Below are positions 36,396 to 46,249 of a DNA stretch of 53,319 nucleotides, piece by piece (position 1 is the stretch's first letter; each line of letters opens with the position of its first letter). The notes below the pieces were generated by a model. It was not told the origin of the DNA and ran no database searches. It worked only from the letters and a program-made list of their open reading frames with translations. A program made the position numbers and the translations under genes. Source of the stretch: Clostridia bacterium. Its GTDB lineage: Bacteria; Bacillota; Clostridia; UMGS1883. The stretch is from the NCBI GenBank assembly GCA_045661145.1, contig JAZRFC010000060.1:1-53319 (forward strand), written 5' to 3'.

Positions 36396-36962
36396 ATGCT
36401 TATTGCATTTGGAATAATTGCAATTATTGTTTTGCTGTTATTCTTACCGCTTAAGATTGTTTTTTCTTATCATGAAAAGATTTTTTCGACAAAAGTTTTT
36501 ATTTTGGGAGTTCAGGTTTTTAAACATTCTCCTAAAACTAAAGATAAGAAATATAAGAAAAAGGAAAATCCTGAAGAAACGGTAAAAAAAGCAGAAAAAA
36601 GTGTCGGGAAGCTTGGCGAAAGAATCAGGCACTATGCTTCAATTTCAAAAAAAGCAACAACTCTTGCAAGGAAATATGCTAAGATTAAAAGTATTACCCT
36701 CAAAATGAAGCTTGGTGCAGGTGATGCTCCGTCAACGGCGATATCTACAGGCATAATGTGGGGACAAGTTTACACCCTTATAGGTATAATCGGAAGTATA
36801 ATGTACATTGATAATCACGATGTAGAAATTACCCCTGTTTATAATGAGACTGTGCTTTCTCTTGATGGTGAATGTATAATTAAAAGCAGGATTGTTTATA
36901 TTATATTTATTGCAATAACAATTTTGATAAAAATAAATTCCCGAAAGGGTAAGGAGGAGTAA
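36396..36962 (+). CDS. DUF2953/YtfI-like protein
   Basis: N-terminal TM, GAGDAPSTAISTG motif; typical position before ytfJ. Confidence 0.75.
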   Translation: MLIAFGIIAIIVLLLFLPLKIVFSYHEKIFSTKVFILGVQVFKHSPKTKDKKYKKKENPEETVKKAEKSVGKLGERIRHYASISKKATTLARKYAKIKSITLKMKLGAGDAPSTAISTGIMWGQVYTLIGIIGSIMYIDNHDVEITPVYNETVLSLDGECIIKSRIVYIIFIAITILIKINSRKGKEE

Positions 36963-36965
36963 GGT

Positions 36966-37352
36966 ATGAACGAACATCCTATCAATAATTTAATGGGAAC
37001 CGTAATGGAAAACATCAAGGGCATGATTGATGTTAATACAATTATCGGTGAGCCTGTTGAAACAAGCAACGGCACTATGATTATCCCGATTTCAAAGGTT
37101 GGATTCGGATTTGCTGCAGGTGGCAGTGAAATCCCAACAAAAACTCCGGGAGAGAAACCTTTTGGTGGAGGCAGCGGTGCCGGAGTTTCAATTTCCCCTG
37201 TTGGCTTCTTAGTTGTAACAGCAGACCAGATAAAGATGATTCCCGTATCTTCAGGAAGCACACCAATTGATAAGCTGGTTGATTATATTCCCGTTGCAAT
37301 TGACAAGGTTAACGGTATGATTAAAAAACGCAGAGATTTTGATGAAGAGTAA
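36966..37352 (+). CDS. ytfJ: GerW/YtfJ family sporulation protein
   Basis: IDVNTIIGEP, IIPISKVGFGFAAGGSE, GGGSGAGVSISPVGFL. Confidence 0.92.
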   Translation: MNEHPINNLMGTVMENIKGMIDVNTIIGEPVETSNGTMIIPISKVGFGFAAGGSEIPTKTPGEKPFGGGSGAGVSISPVGFLVVTADQIKMIPVSSGSTPIDKLVDYIPVAIDKVNGMIKKRRDFDEE

Positions 37353-37353
37353 T

Positions 37354-37394
37354 AAAAAATACTGAATGACTTACAAGTCATTCAGTATTTTTTT
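37354..37394. terminator. Bidirectional terminator
   Basis: aaaaaatactgaatgactt-ac-aagtcattcagtattttttt. Confidence 0.9.
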
Positions 37395-37402
37395 GTCAAT
37401 AT

Positions 37403-38032
37403 TTATTTTGTTCCGAAGATTCTGTCTCCTGCATCTCCAAGACCGGGAACAATGTAGCATCTTTCATTCAGCTTCTCATCTACGTTTGCACAGTAAATTT
37501 CCACATCGGGATGAGCTTTTGAAAGTGCCTTGATTCCCTCGGGAGCCGCGATAAGGCAAAGGAATTTGATATGCTCTCCGCCGTATTTTTTGATTTGGTC
37601 GATAGCATCTATTGCACTTCCGCCTGTTGCCAGCATTGGGTCAACTACAACAATAAGTCTTTTGTCAATATCAGCAGGAAGCTTGCAATAATATTCGTGT
37701 GGCTGCATTGTTTCTTCATCACGGTACATACCGATGTGTCCGACTTTAGCAGAGGGGACAAGATTCAGCATACCGTTTACCATACCAAGTCCTGCGCGAA
37801 GAATAGGTACAACAGCCATTTTCTTTCCTTTAATCATCTTTTGTGTGGTCTTACAAATGGGAGTTTCAATTTCAACATCTTCAAGGGGAAGGTCTCTTAA
37901 TGCCTCATAACACATAAGCATTGTGATTTCCTCAACAAGCTCCCGAAACTCCTTGTTGGTTGTGCTTGTCTGCCTTAAAATAGTTGTTTTATGCTGTATA
38001 AGAGGATGGTCAAAAATGGTGATGTTATTCAT
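37403..38032 (-). CDS. upp: Uracil phosphoribosyltransferase
   Basis: [43 protein letters not shown]; AAGGAG RBS before ATG 38032. Confidence 0.97.
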   Translation of the reverse strand: MNNITIFDHPLIQHKTTILRQTSTTNKEFRELVEEITMLMCYEALRDLPLEDVEIETPICKTTQKMIKGKKMAVVPILRAGLGMVNGMLNLVPSAKVGHIGMYRDEETMQPHEYYCKLPADIDKRLIVVVDPMLATGGSAIDAIDQIKKYGGEHIKFLCLIAAPEGIKALSKAHPDVEIYCANVDEKLNERCYIVPGLGDAGDRIFGTK

Positions 38033-38046
38033 GGTGAAACTCCTTT

Positions 38047-39390
38047 TTATTCCTGGTTGGGTGCCTTCGATACTATAAGATTTACAATAATGCCAAAAAT
38101 CAGTGCGCACGCAATGGATGTAAGCTTAATTGCACCAATCTGAAGAGCCATGCCACCGATACCTGTAATAAGGATTACAGATGCTACAAAGAGGTTCTTA
38201 TTGTTGTTAAGGTCAACGCCCTGAAGCATCTTAAGACCGGAAACAGCAATGAAACCATAAAGAGTGATACAAACACCACCCATTACGCAAGCGGGAATTG
38301 TAGCAAGGAATGTTACAAAAGGTGCTACAAAAGAAGCAATAATTGCAATAATTGCTGTTGTGAGAATAGTTACGATTGAAGCGTTCTTTGTGATAGCAAC
38401 ACAGCCAACAGACTCACCGTATGTTGTGTTGGGACATCCACCGAAGAATGCACCAACCATTGAACCAATACCATCACCGAGAAGTGTTCTGTGAAGACCG
38501 GGCTCCTCAAGAAGGTCTTTTTCAATAATGGATGAAAGATTCTTATGGTCTGCAATATGTTCTGCAAATACAACAAATGCAACAGGGATATATGCAACAG
38601 CAATTGTTGTGATGTACTCTGCATTAATATCCTTGATACCCTTGAATGCCTTAAGGAATGTAAAGTCAGGATACCACTGCATATTGTTAAATACATTGAA
38701 ATTTATAACCTGAAGGGCTTCGTTACCTGTTTTCATTCCGATAAGAGTGAAGATTGTAGCAACTGCATAGCCTGCAAGAATACCGATGATGAAGGGGATA
38801 AGTCTTAATGTCTTCTTGCCGTATACAGAGCAAAGAATAACTACAAGGATAGTTACAAGTCCGCAAATGAAACCAACCCAACCGTGAGCGTTCATTACAT
38901 AAACCGAGTTAGCTGCATCATACTGAGCAAACTTCAATACATCTCCAGCAGCATTTCCTGCAAGTGAAAGACCGATAATTGCAACGGTAGGTCCGATTAC
39001 AACAGCGGGCATAAGCTTACTAATCCAATTAACGCCTGCAAGCTTTACGATGATTGCAAGAACTACATATACAAGACCTGCAAAGATTGCACCGAACAAT
39101 ATTCCAAGGTAACCTGCTTCAACTGAAACGGCTCCTGCAAATGCCGCGAACATTGAACCGATGAAAGCAAAGGAAGAACCAAGGAAAACGGGGCTCTTGA
39201 ATTTTGTGAAAAGAAGGTAGATGATTGTGCCTGCACCTGCACCAAAAAGTGCTGCAGACTGTGACATACCGTTACCTATAATTGAAGGTACGGCGATTGT
39301 TGCTGCCAGAATTGCAAGCAACTGCTGGAATGCGAAGATAAGGATTTGTCCGAATTTGGGTTTGTCGTTTACATTGTAAACAAGTTTCAT
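38047..39390 (-). CDS. uraA: Uracil permease (NCS2/NAT family)
   Basis: [26 protein letters not shown] signature; GGAGG RBS before ATG 39390. Confidence 0.92.
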   Translation of the reverse strand: MKLVYNVNDKPKFGQILIFAFQQLLAILAATIAVPSIIGNGMSQSAALFGAGAGTIIYLLFTKFKSPVFLGSSFAFIGSMFAAFAGAVSVEAGYLGILFGAIFAGLVYVVLAIIVKLAGVNWISKLMPAVVIGPTVAIIGLSLAGNAAGDVLKFAQYDAANSVYVMNAHGWVGFICGLVTILVVILCSVYGKKTLRLIPFIIGILAGYAVATIFTLIGMKTGNEALQVINFNVFNNMQWYPDFTFLKAFKGIKDINAEYITTIAVAYIPVAFVVFAEHIADHKNLSSIIEKDLLEEPGLHRTLLGDGIGSMVGAFFGGCPNTTYGESVGCVAITKNASIVTILTTAIIAIIASFVAPFVTFLATIPACVMGGVCITLYGFIAVSGLKMLQGVDLNNNKNLFVASVILITGIGGMALQIGAIKLTSIACALIFGIIVNLIVSKAPNQE

Positions 39391-39433
39391 TTTTTTATCC
39401 CTCCGTATAAATTTTTTGGTATATGCTACTATA

Positions 39434-39462
39434 ACTATACTTAAAAATTTACAATTTGTCAA
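39434..39462 (-). promoter_or_regulatory. Sigma-A promoter of uraA-upp
   Basis: TTGACA-17 nt-TATAGT on the minus strand. Confidence 0.75.
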
Positions 39463-39481
39463 TATATTGTGTATTATATTT

Positions 39482-39522
39482 AAAAAAAGGAAAGTTATTT
39501 TTTGAAAATAACTTTCCTTTTT
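39482..39522 (-). terminator. Terminator after glnS
   Basis: aaaaaggaaagttattt...aaataactttccttttt. Confidence 0.85.
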
Positions 39523-39526
39523 AATG

Positions 39527-41179
39527 TTATTCGGGTTTAAATGAGCTCTTTAAAGGTGCTGTGCGGTTGAATACATTTTCATCTTTGCTGTCACGGGTAA
39601 AATAACCCATACGAACAAACTGAAATTTCTCTCCAACCTCGGCATCCTTAAGCGAAGGCTCACCATATGATTTTTCATAAACTACGAGCGAATCAGGATT
39701 AATAAATTCATCAAAATTATCATCTTCGAGAAGTGTAGCAACATTTTCCTTATTAAAAATGTTGTCAAACTGATGAATGCTGAAGTCTATTGCAGTTTCT
39801 CTGCTGAGCCAATGAATATTACCTTTAACTTTTCTTCCGTCAGCAGGCATTCCGTTACCGGTTTCAATATCAACGGTACAAAGAAGCTCTGTTACATTAC
39901 CATTTTCGTCGTGAAGCACTTCATTACATTTCATAATGTAAGCACCCATAAGACGAACCTCGCCATCGGGTTTAAGCCGTTTAAACCCGGGGATAGGCTC
40001 TTCCATAAAGTCGCTTTGTTCAATATAGAGCTTATTGGTAAATGGTACCTTTCTGGTTCCAAGTTCAGGCTTTTTTGGGTGATTGGGAAGCTCGAAATAT
40101 TCAATCTGACCATCAGGGATATTGGTAATTGTTACCTTAAGAGGTTCAATTACTGCTACACGACGCTGTGCGTTTTCATTAAGCTCTTCACAGATACAAT
40201 ACTCCAGAAGTCTGATGTCTGCCATACTGTTTGCCTTGGCAACGCCGCTTCTTTCAATGAAATCAAAAATTGCAGTGGGAGTGTAACCGCGTCTGCGAAG
40301 TCCCTGAAGAGTTGGCATTCTGGGGTCATCCCAACCATCAACATAACCTGTTTCAACAAGCTTGCGGAGATAACGCTTACTCATTACTGTATATGTCATA
40401 TTAAGACGTGCAAATTCATATTGGTGAGGATCGTGCTCAAAACCAACATTATCAACTACCCAATTATAAAGGGGACGGTGGTTTTCAAATTCGATAGAGC
40501 AAAGAGAGTGGGTGATACCCTCCTACGCATCCTGAATGGGATGAGCAAAGTCATACATAGGATAGATGGACCATTTGTCACCCTGTCTGTGATGACTCAT
40601 ATGAAGAATACGGTAAATTACGGGGTCACGCATATTCATATTAGGTGAAGTCATATCAATCTTTGCACGGAGTGTACGCTCTCCGTTCTGGAACTCTCCG
40701 TTTCTCATTCTTTCAAATAAGTCAAGATTCTCCTCAACACTTCTGTTACGGTAGGGGCGTTCCTTACCAGGTTCTGTAAGCGTTCCACGGTAAAGTGCCA
40801 TCTCTTCTTGTGAAAGGTCGCATACATACGCCTTACCGTCGCGAATGAGCTTGCAGGCAAATTCATAGCATTTGTCAAAATAGTCACTACCGTAGAAAAT
40901 ACCTCCGGTAGGGTCTGCACCAAGCCAATGAAGGTCAGCTTCAATAGCTTTTACAAATTCATCATCTTCCTTTACAGGGTTGGTATCGTCGTAACGGAGA
41001 TTGAAAAGGCCGCCATATTTCTTAGCTGTGCTGGAATTAATCCATATAGCCTTGGCACTACCTATATGAAGATATCCGTTAGGCTCGGGAGGAAATCTTG
41101 TGTGCACGCCGTTTTCACGTCCTGCCGCTAAATCCTCATCAATAATATCATGAATAAAGTTTGAGTAACCTTCCTGCAT
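39527..41179 (-). pseudogene. glnS: Glutaminyl-tRNA synthetase interrupted by one in-frame TAG (40523-40525); pseudogene, readthrough or sequence error
   Basis: [55 protein letters not shown]. The two ORF-track pieces are in the same frame and join into a ~550-aa GlnRS. Confidence 0.9.
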
Positions 41180-41199
41180 TATTACATTTCCTCCGTTTC

Positions 41200-42549
41200 T
41201 TATCTGTCTTTAATGTTTGTATAATCCTTGCCCTTGTACACGTTCTTGTACGCAGGACGGATAATTTTATCGGAAACCATAATTTCCTCAAGTCTGTGGG
41301 CGCACCAACCTGCAATTCTGCTCATTGCAAAAATAGGCGTATAAACTTCCTGAGGAATGTTAAGCATTTTATATACAAAACCGCTGTAAAAATCGACGTT
41401 TATTGCAAGGTCTTTCTGCTTACCTGTAATCTCATTGAAAAGTTCAATTGCATTCTTGGCAATAAGGTCGTACATATGAAGCTCATCCTCCATACCTTTT
41501 TCTTTTGCAAGAATTCCTGCATTTTTACGAAGAAGGACAGCTCGTGGGTCGCTCTTTGTATAGATGGCATGACCTATACCGTAAACAAGACCGCTGTGGT
41601 CGTAGGATTCCTTACGATAAAGCTTGATAATATGCTCTCTGATTTGTTTTTCATCAGTAATATCTGTAAGGTTAGCCTTGAAATCGTCAATCATACCCAT
41701 TACTTTTGCATTTGCACCACCATGCTTAGGTCCCTTGAGTGAACCGATTGCAGCTGCAATTGCACTGTATGTGTCTGTTCCTGAAGATGAAAGCACATGA
41801 GTTGTAAATGTGGAGTTATTACCTCCGCCGTGTTCTGCATGAAGCATAAGTGCAAGGTCAAGCAGATGAGCCTCGGTTTTTGTGTATTCATTGTTAGGAC
41901 GCATCATATGCAAGAAATTCTCAGCTGTGCTGAGTTCTTCTTTTGGTGCATGGAGAATAAGGCTTTTTCCATCGTAGTAGTGTGACTTCGCCTGATAAGC
42001 GTGAGCAATCATTGCAGGGAAACGTGCAATAAGCTCAAAAGACTGCCTAAGAACATTTTCAACGGAAACCTCATCAGGATTATTGTCATATGAATAACTT
42101 GCAAGTACGCTTCTGGCAAGCTTATTCATAATATCTCCGCTGGGTGCTTTAAGAATCATATCCTCAGTAAAATTAGTGGGAAGCTTTCTTTTTGTGCCGA
42201 GATACTGCGTAAATTCATCAAGAGCACTTTCAGTAGGCAAGCTTCCGAATAAAAGCAGATATACAACTTCTTCAAAACCGAAACGGTCATCTATCTCGCA
42301 GCCCTCAACAATGTCGTTAACATTTATACCTCTGTAACGAAGAACACCTTCATCGGCAATTTTTTCACCTTCGTCAAGAAGATATCCGTGAACATCGCCG
42401 ACCTTTGTAAGACCGACAAGAACACCGCTTCCGTTTGAATTACGAAGTCCGCGCTTTACACTATACTTACTATATAGTTCAGAGTCTATGGAATACACAT
42501 CCTTAGATAACTGACACAATTTTTTGAATAATTCCTGGTTTCTGTCCAT
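41200..42549 (-). CDS. gltA: Citrate synthase
   Basis: [29 protein letters not shown]...DPRA, NVDFYSG, IIRP. Confidence 0.93.
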   Translation of the reverse strand: MDRNQELFKKLCQLSKDVYSIDSELYSKYSVKRGLRNSNGSGVLVGLTKVGDVHGYLLDEGEKIADEGVLRYRGINVNDIVEGCEIDDRFGFEEVVYLLLFGSLPTESALDEFTQYLGTKRKLPTNFTEDMILKAPSGDIMNKLARSVLASYSYDNNPDEVSVENVLRQSFELIARFPAMIAHAYQAKSHYYDGKSLILHAPKEELSTAENFLHMMRPNNEYTKTEAHLLDLALMLHAEHGGGNNSTFTTHVLSSSGTDTYSAIAAAIGSLKGPKHGGANAKVMGMIDDFKANLTDITDEKQIREHIIKLYRKESYDHSGLVYGIGHAIYTKSDPRAVLLRKNAGILAKEKGMEDELHMYDLIAKNAIELFNEITGKQKDLAINVDFYSGFVYKMLNIPQEVYTPIFAMSRIAGWCAHRLEEIMVSDKIIRPAYKNVYKGKDYTNIKDR

Positions 42550-42620
42550 TATAAAAGCTCCTAAATCAAATATTGCATTATATTATAACATTATTTGGAT
42601 GTGATTTCAATAAAAAAGTT

Positions 42621-42647
42621 ATAATTCTACTGAAAAAATCATAAAAT
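42621..42647 (+). promoter_or_regulatory. Putative sigma-E promoter of spoIID
   Basis: ATA-16 nt-CATAAAAT matches the sigma-E pattern ATA...CATAnnnT; spoIID is sigma-E-controlled in Bacillus and Clostridium. Confidence 0.55.
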
Positions 42648-42668
42648 TTACAGAGGTGCATATGTTTT

Positions 42669-43625
42669 ATGAAAAGATATTTTTTGTTTGTGATTGCTTG
42701 CATCATCCTCGGATTTTTATTGCCGGTAACTGTTTTTTTTATTATGAAATTTCCTATGAATGAAAATATATTTAAAAAAAGCCACTCCACAGGGGAAGTA
42801 AAGGTTTATTTTCACGATGAAAACGCAGTAAAGACTATGGGGATGGAGGAATATTTATTCGGGGTTGTTGCAGCAGAGATGCCGGCATCTTTTGAAAAAG
42901 AGGCTTTGAAAGCACAGGCAGTAGCAGCAAGAAGTTATACGGCGTATAGAATCAACAATCCATCAAAGGAACACCCTGATGCAAATGTATGCACAGATAT
43001 AAATCATTGTAAAGCATATAAAACCAAAGAAAATGCAGCCAAGGGATGGGGAGAAAATGCAAATATGTATATGGAAAAAATACAATCTGCAGTAAATGAA
43101 ACAAGCGGTAAAATAGTTACTTATAACGGAGAAGTTGCAATGACTGTATTCCATTCTCAGGCAGGAGGCGGAAAAACAGAGAACTCAAAGGATGTATGGG
43201 GAGGAGATGTACCTTATCTCGTAAGCGTTGAAAGTCACGGGGAGGAGAATGCCCCGAATTTCTATTCTTCGGTTTCCTATGAGTTTCAGGAATTAAAAAA
43301 GATTCTTTCAGAAAAATATGAAAATCTTGTGTTAGAAAGTCCCACAGACTTTGAAATTATAGAAATAAGCGATGGCGGTATGGTGAAAAAGATGAGAATA
43401 GGAAATATTGAACTTACCGGCAGGGAAGTGCGCTCATTATACGGACTGAGAAGCAGCTGCTTTAAAATTATCAGTAATGGTCAAAATATTACATTTGAAG
43501 TTACGGGTTACGGACATGGAGTGGGAATGAGTCAGTATGGTGCCAATACAATGGCAAAAGAAGGATATAGCTATATAGATATTCTTAAGCACTATTATCA
43601 GGGAACTGAAATTAATTCTGTTTAA
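42669..43625 (+). CDS. spoIID: Stage II sporulation protein D (lytic transglycosylase)
   Basis: EEYLFGVVAAEMPASFEKEALKAQAVAARSY, YLVSVES, GYGHGVGMSQYGA. Confidence 0.95.
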   Translation: MKRYFLFVIACIILGFLLPVTVFFIMKFPMNENIFKKSHSTGEVKVYFHDENAVKTMGMEEYLFGVVAAEMPASFEKEALKAQAVAARSYTAYRINNPSKEHPDANVCTDINHCKAYKTKENAAKGWGENANMYMEKIQSAVNETSGKIVTYNGEVAMTVFHSQAGGGKTENSKDVWGGDVPYLVSVESHGEENAPNFYSSVSYEFQELKKILSEKYENLVLESPTDFEIIEISDGGMVKKMRIGNIELTGREVRSLYGLRSSCFKIISNGQNITFEVTGYGHGVGMSQYGANTMAKEGYSYIDILKHYYQGTEINSV

Positions 43626-43648
43626 ATTATATTGTGCAGGGAATAATT
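43620..43648 (+). promoter_or_regulatory. Possible sigma-F promoter for the M23 gene
   Basis: GTTTA followed 14-15 nt later by GGGAATAAT, resembling the GYWTA...GGnnAnAnT sigma-F pattern; imperfect match. Confidence 0.35.
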
Positions 43649-43669
43649 TGATTTGAGAGGAGTGGTATT

Positions 43670-44311
43670 ATGAGAAAAATTTCAACATCGGTTTCCGTCG
43701 CTGTTATAATTTCAATTTTTATACTTTGCTTTATTATTGGAAGGGCAGTTGCCATGAGAGATAGTGAGAAAAATTCACAACTGACTAAAGAATCTCAGCT
43801 TATGGAGGAAGAAACTTCACCTGCCGCCTCAAAAACAGAAAAAATAGAAAAAACAGAACCTAAGGAATATGAGATTACAGAAAGTACAAAAACAGAAAAA
43901 GCTCCGCCGTCAAGAATGAATTTCCCTTGCGGACAAGCTGTCTTAAAAGAATATTCCCAAAAGGCCGTATATTCAAAAACAATGGGGGATTGGAGAGCAC
44001 ATACAGGGATTGATTACAGAGCAGAAAAAGGTACTGAGGTAAAAAGCACCTGGGATGGCGTTGTTTCAAAAACATATAAAGATTCCCTTTGGGGATATAC
44101 TGTCGAAATTACCCATGATGGAAATATCATTTCGGTATATAAAAATCTTGACGAAAAAATATATGTTAAGAAAGGTGATAACGTAAAAAGCGGACAGGCT
44201 ATCGGAAAAGTAGGGGATAGTGCTGCTGTGGAAAAACGGGAGGAGGCGCATCTTCATTTTGAAATTTGGGCAGAAGGTGAGCCGATAAATCCCGAATCCT
44301 ATGTTTATTGA
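43670..44311 (+). CDS. M23 family peptidase, SpoIIQ-like
   Basis: N-terminal TM, HTGID and HLHFE motifs; directly after spoIID. Confidence 0.88.
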   Translation: MRKISTSVSVAVIISIFILCFIIGRAVAMRDSEKNSQLTKESQLMEEETSPAASKTEKIEKTEPKEYEITESTKTEKAPPSRMNFPCGQAVLKEYSQKAVYSKTMGDWRAHTGIDYRAEKGTEVKSTWDGVVSKTYKDSLWGYTVEITHDGNIISVYKNLDEKIYVKKGDNVKSGQAIGKVGDSAAVEKREEAHLHFEIWAEGEPINPESYVY

Positions 44312-44320
44312 TGAATTATA

Positions 44321-44349
44321 TTGACAAAAATATCAATTTCTGCTAATAT
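44321..44349 (+). promoter_or_regulatory. Sigma-A promoter upstream of the lysine riboswitch
   Basis: TTGACA-17 nt-TAATAT with extended TG. Confidence 0.8.
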
Positions 44350-44371
44350 ATATACGAAATTAATACGACAA

Positions 44372-44535
44372 ATGAGGTAGAGGTGCGGTTACTATCAGTA
44401 GATTTCCGTTGTGGCAAATTGAGGAAGTTGAAAGGAGTATTCGCCGAAGTGTACGTTACTTGCCAAGCAATGTATGCTGGTTCGTCAGAGAATATCTGCC
44501 GGACTGTCACATTAAATGTGGAGTGCTATCGTGAT
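44372..44535 (+). ncRNA. Lysine riboswitch (L-box) aptamer
   Basis: Ordered hallmarks GGUAGAGGUGC, AGUA, GAAAGG, CGCCGAAG, CUGG, GAAUA, GGACUGUCAC...GUGGAGUGCUA; P1 GGUAG/CUAUC; followed by a terminator and an NhaC-family gene. Confidence 0.93.
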
Positions 44536-44545
44536 AAAATGAATT

Positions 44546-44578
44546 AAAAAGGTCACGGTGCTCCGTGACCTTTTTTTT
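44546..44578 (+). terminator. Riboswitch expression-platform terminator
   Basis: aaaaaggtcacgg-tgct-ccgtgacc followed by eight T. Confidence 0.92.
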
Positions 44579-44599
44579 GTCGAACAAAGGAGGATAAAA

Positions 44600-46192
44600 A
44601 TGAAAAGAAAGAATTTACTTTTCACAATCTGCACATTGATTTTAACTTTGTGCGTGCTTTTCCCATTGTCTGCATTTGCAGAGGGTGAGGAAGCAAGCAA
44701 GATGATTGGCACCTGGTGGGCACTTATTCCCCCTGTAATCGCTATCGGTCTTGCACTTATCACTAAAGAAGTTTACAGCTCCCTTTTTGTAGGTGTTCTT
44801 GTAGGCGGTATGTTTGCTGCTAACTTTGCACCTTTGAAGTCCGTTGACAATATTTTAAATGAAGGTATTGTTGCGGCAGTTTCCGGAACAGCCGGTATTT
44901 TCGTATTCCTTGTAGTTCTTGGCGCAATTGTTGCCCTTGTAAATAAGGCAGGCGGCAGTGCTGCTTTTGGTAAGTGGGCAAAACAGAACATCAAGTCAAG
45001 AACAGGCGCAATGCTTGCTACATTTGTTCTTGGTGTACTTATTTTCATTGATGACTATTTCAACTGCCTTACAGTTGGTTCTGTAATGCGTCCTGTGACA
45101 GATTCTCATAAGATTTCAAGAGCAAAGCTTTCTTATCTTATAGACGCAACAGCAGCTCCTATCTGTATGATTGCTCCCATTTCTTCTTGGGCTGCAGCAG
45201 TTTCTGAATTTGCACCTGAAGGACAGGGACTAAATCTTTTTATAAGAGCGATTCCCTTTAACTTCTATTCATTGCTTACACTCGTATTCATTGTTGCTAT
45301 TGCACTTATGAAGTTTGATTACGGTCCCATGGCTATTCATGAAAAGAATGCTATTGAAAAGGGTGACCTTTACACAACAGGTGACCGTGCAGAAAGCGAA
45401 CAGGTAACTCCCTCTGCAAAGGGCAAGGTTATCGACCTTCTTTTCCCGATAATTATTCTTATTGCAATCTGTGTGTTTGCTCTTGTATATGTTGGTGGCA
45501 TCCTTGACGGTGCAAGCTTTATTGATGCATTCTCCAACACAGATGCAACTATTGGTCTTCCATGGGGTGGACTTGTAGCACTTGTTATCACTGTTCTTTA
45601 TATGATAGCACGCCGCGTAATGACCTTCAAAGAAGCTATGGATTGTGTTCCCAAGGGCTTTATCGCAATGGTACCTGCTATCACTATTCTTACCCTTGCA
45701 ACCGCTCTTAAGAATATGACAGGTCTTCTCGGTGCTGATATGTTTGTGGCAGGTCTTATGGAGGGTGCTGCAGCAGGTCTTGCTGATTTCCTTCCTGCAA
45801 TTATATTCCTTGTTGCATGCTTCCTTGCATTCTCAACAGGTACATCATGGGGAACATTCGGTATCCTTATCCCCATCGTTGTGGCAATATTCCCGGCTGA
45901 AAGCCCCAATCTTATAATCGGTATGTCTGCCTGCCTTGCAGGTGCAGTATGCGGTGACCATTGCTCACCCATTTCCGATACAACGATTATGTCTTCAGCA
46001 GGCGGTGAATGTAATCACATCAACCATGTATCAACACAGATGCCCTATGCAATAAGCGTTGCGACTATTTCCTTTGTGATGTATGTGGTTTCTGCATTTG
46101 TAAAGAGTGCATACATACTTCTTCCCGTAGGTATTGTGCTTACAATAGCATTCCTCTTCGTGATGAAGTCTCTTACCAAGAAGAAAGCATAA
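44600..46192 (+). CDS. Na+/H+ antiporter NhaC-family transporter, probable lysine permease (LysW-type)
   Basis: IFIDDYFNCL, YLIDATAAP, FSTGTSWGTF, GDHCSPISDTT; controlled by a lysine riboswitch. Confidence 0.9.
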   Translation: MKRKNLLFTICTLILTLCVLFPLSAFAEGEEASKMIGTWWALIPPVIAIGLALITKEVYSSLFVGVLVGGMFAANFAPLKSVDNILNEGIVAAVSGTAGIFVFLVVLGAIVALVNKAGGSAAFGKWAKQNIKSRTGAMLATFVLGVLIFIDDYFNCLTVGSVMRPVTDSHKISRAKLSYLIDATAAPICMIAPISSWAAAVSEFAPEGQGLNLFIRAIPFNFYSLLTLVFIVAIALMKFDYGPMAIHEKNAIEKGDLYTTGDRAESEQVTPSAKGKVIDLLFPIIILIAICVFALVYVGGILDGASFIDAFSNTDATIGLPWGGLVALVITVLYMIARRVMTFKEAMDCVPKGFIAMVPAITILTLATALKNMTGLLGADMFVAGLMEGAAAGLADFLPAIIFLVACFLAFSTGTSWGTFGILIPIVVAIFPAESPNLIIGMSACLAGAVCGDHCSPISDTTIMSSAGGECNHINHVSTQMPYAISVATISFVMYVVSAFVKSAYILLPVGIVLTIAFLFVMKSLTKKKA

Positions 46193-46210
46193 CATTTTAT
46201 GAAAATATAC

Positions 46211-46245
46211 AAAAAATCCTGAGGTGTAATACCTCAGGATTTTTT
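46211..46245. terminator. Bidirectional terminator
   Basis: aaaaaatcctgaggt-gtaat-acctcaggatttttt. Confidence 0.9.
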
Positions 46246-46249
46246 ACAT

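Noticed and set aside
39391-39433. PyrR attenuator upstream of uraA-upp
   Set aside because: Leader too short, with no PyrR-binding loop or terminator visible.
40523-40525. Genome-wide TAG recoding (Gln or pyrrolysine)
   Set aside because: TAG terminates several other genes at expected lengths, including a tandem TAGTAG; no pyl genes or suppressor tRNA in the window.
39773-40648. 291-aa ORF on the + strand
   Set aside because: Antisense shadow of glnS; no motifs or RBS, and explained by the host gene's codon bias.
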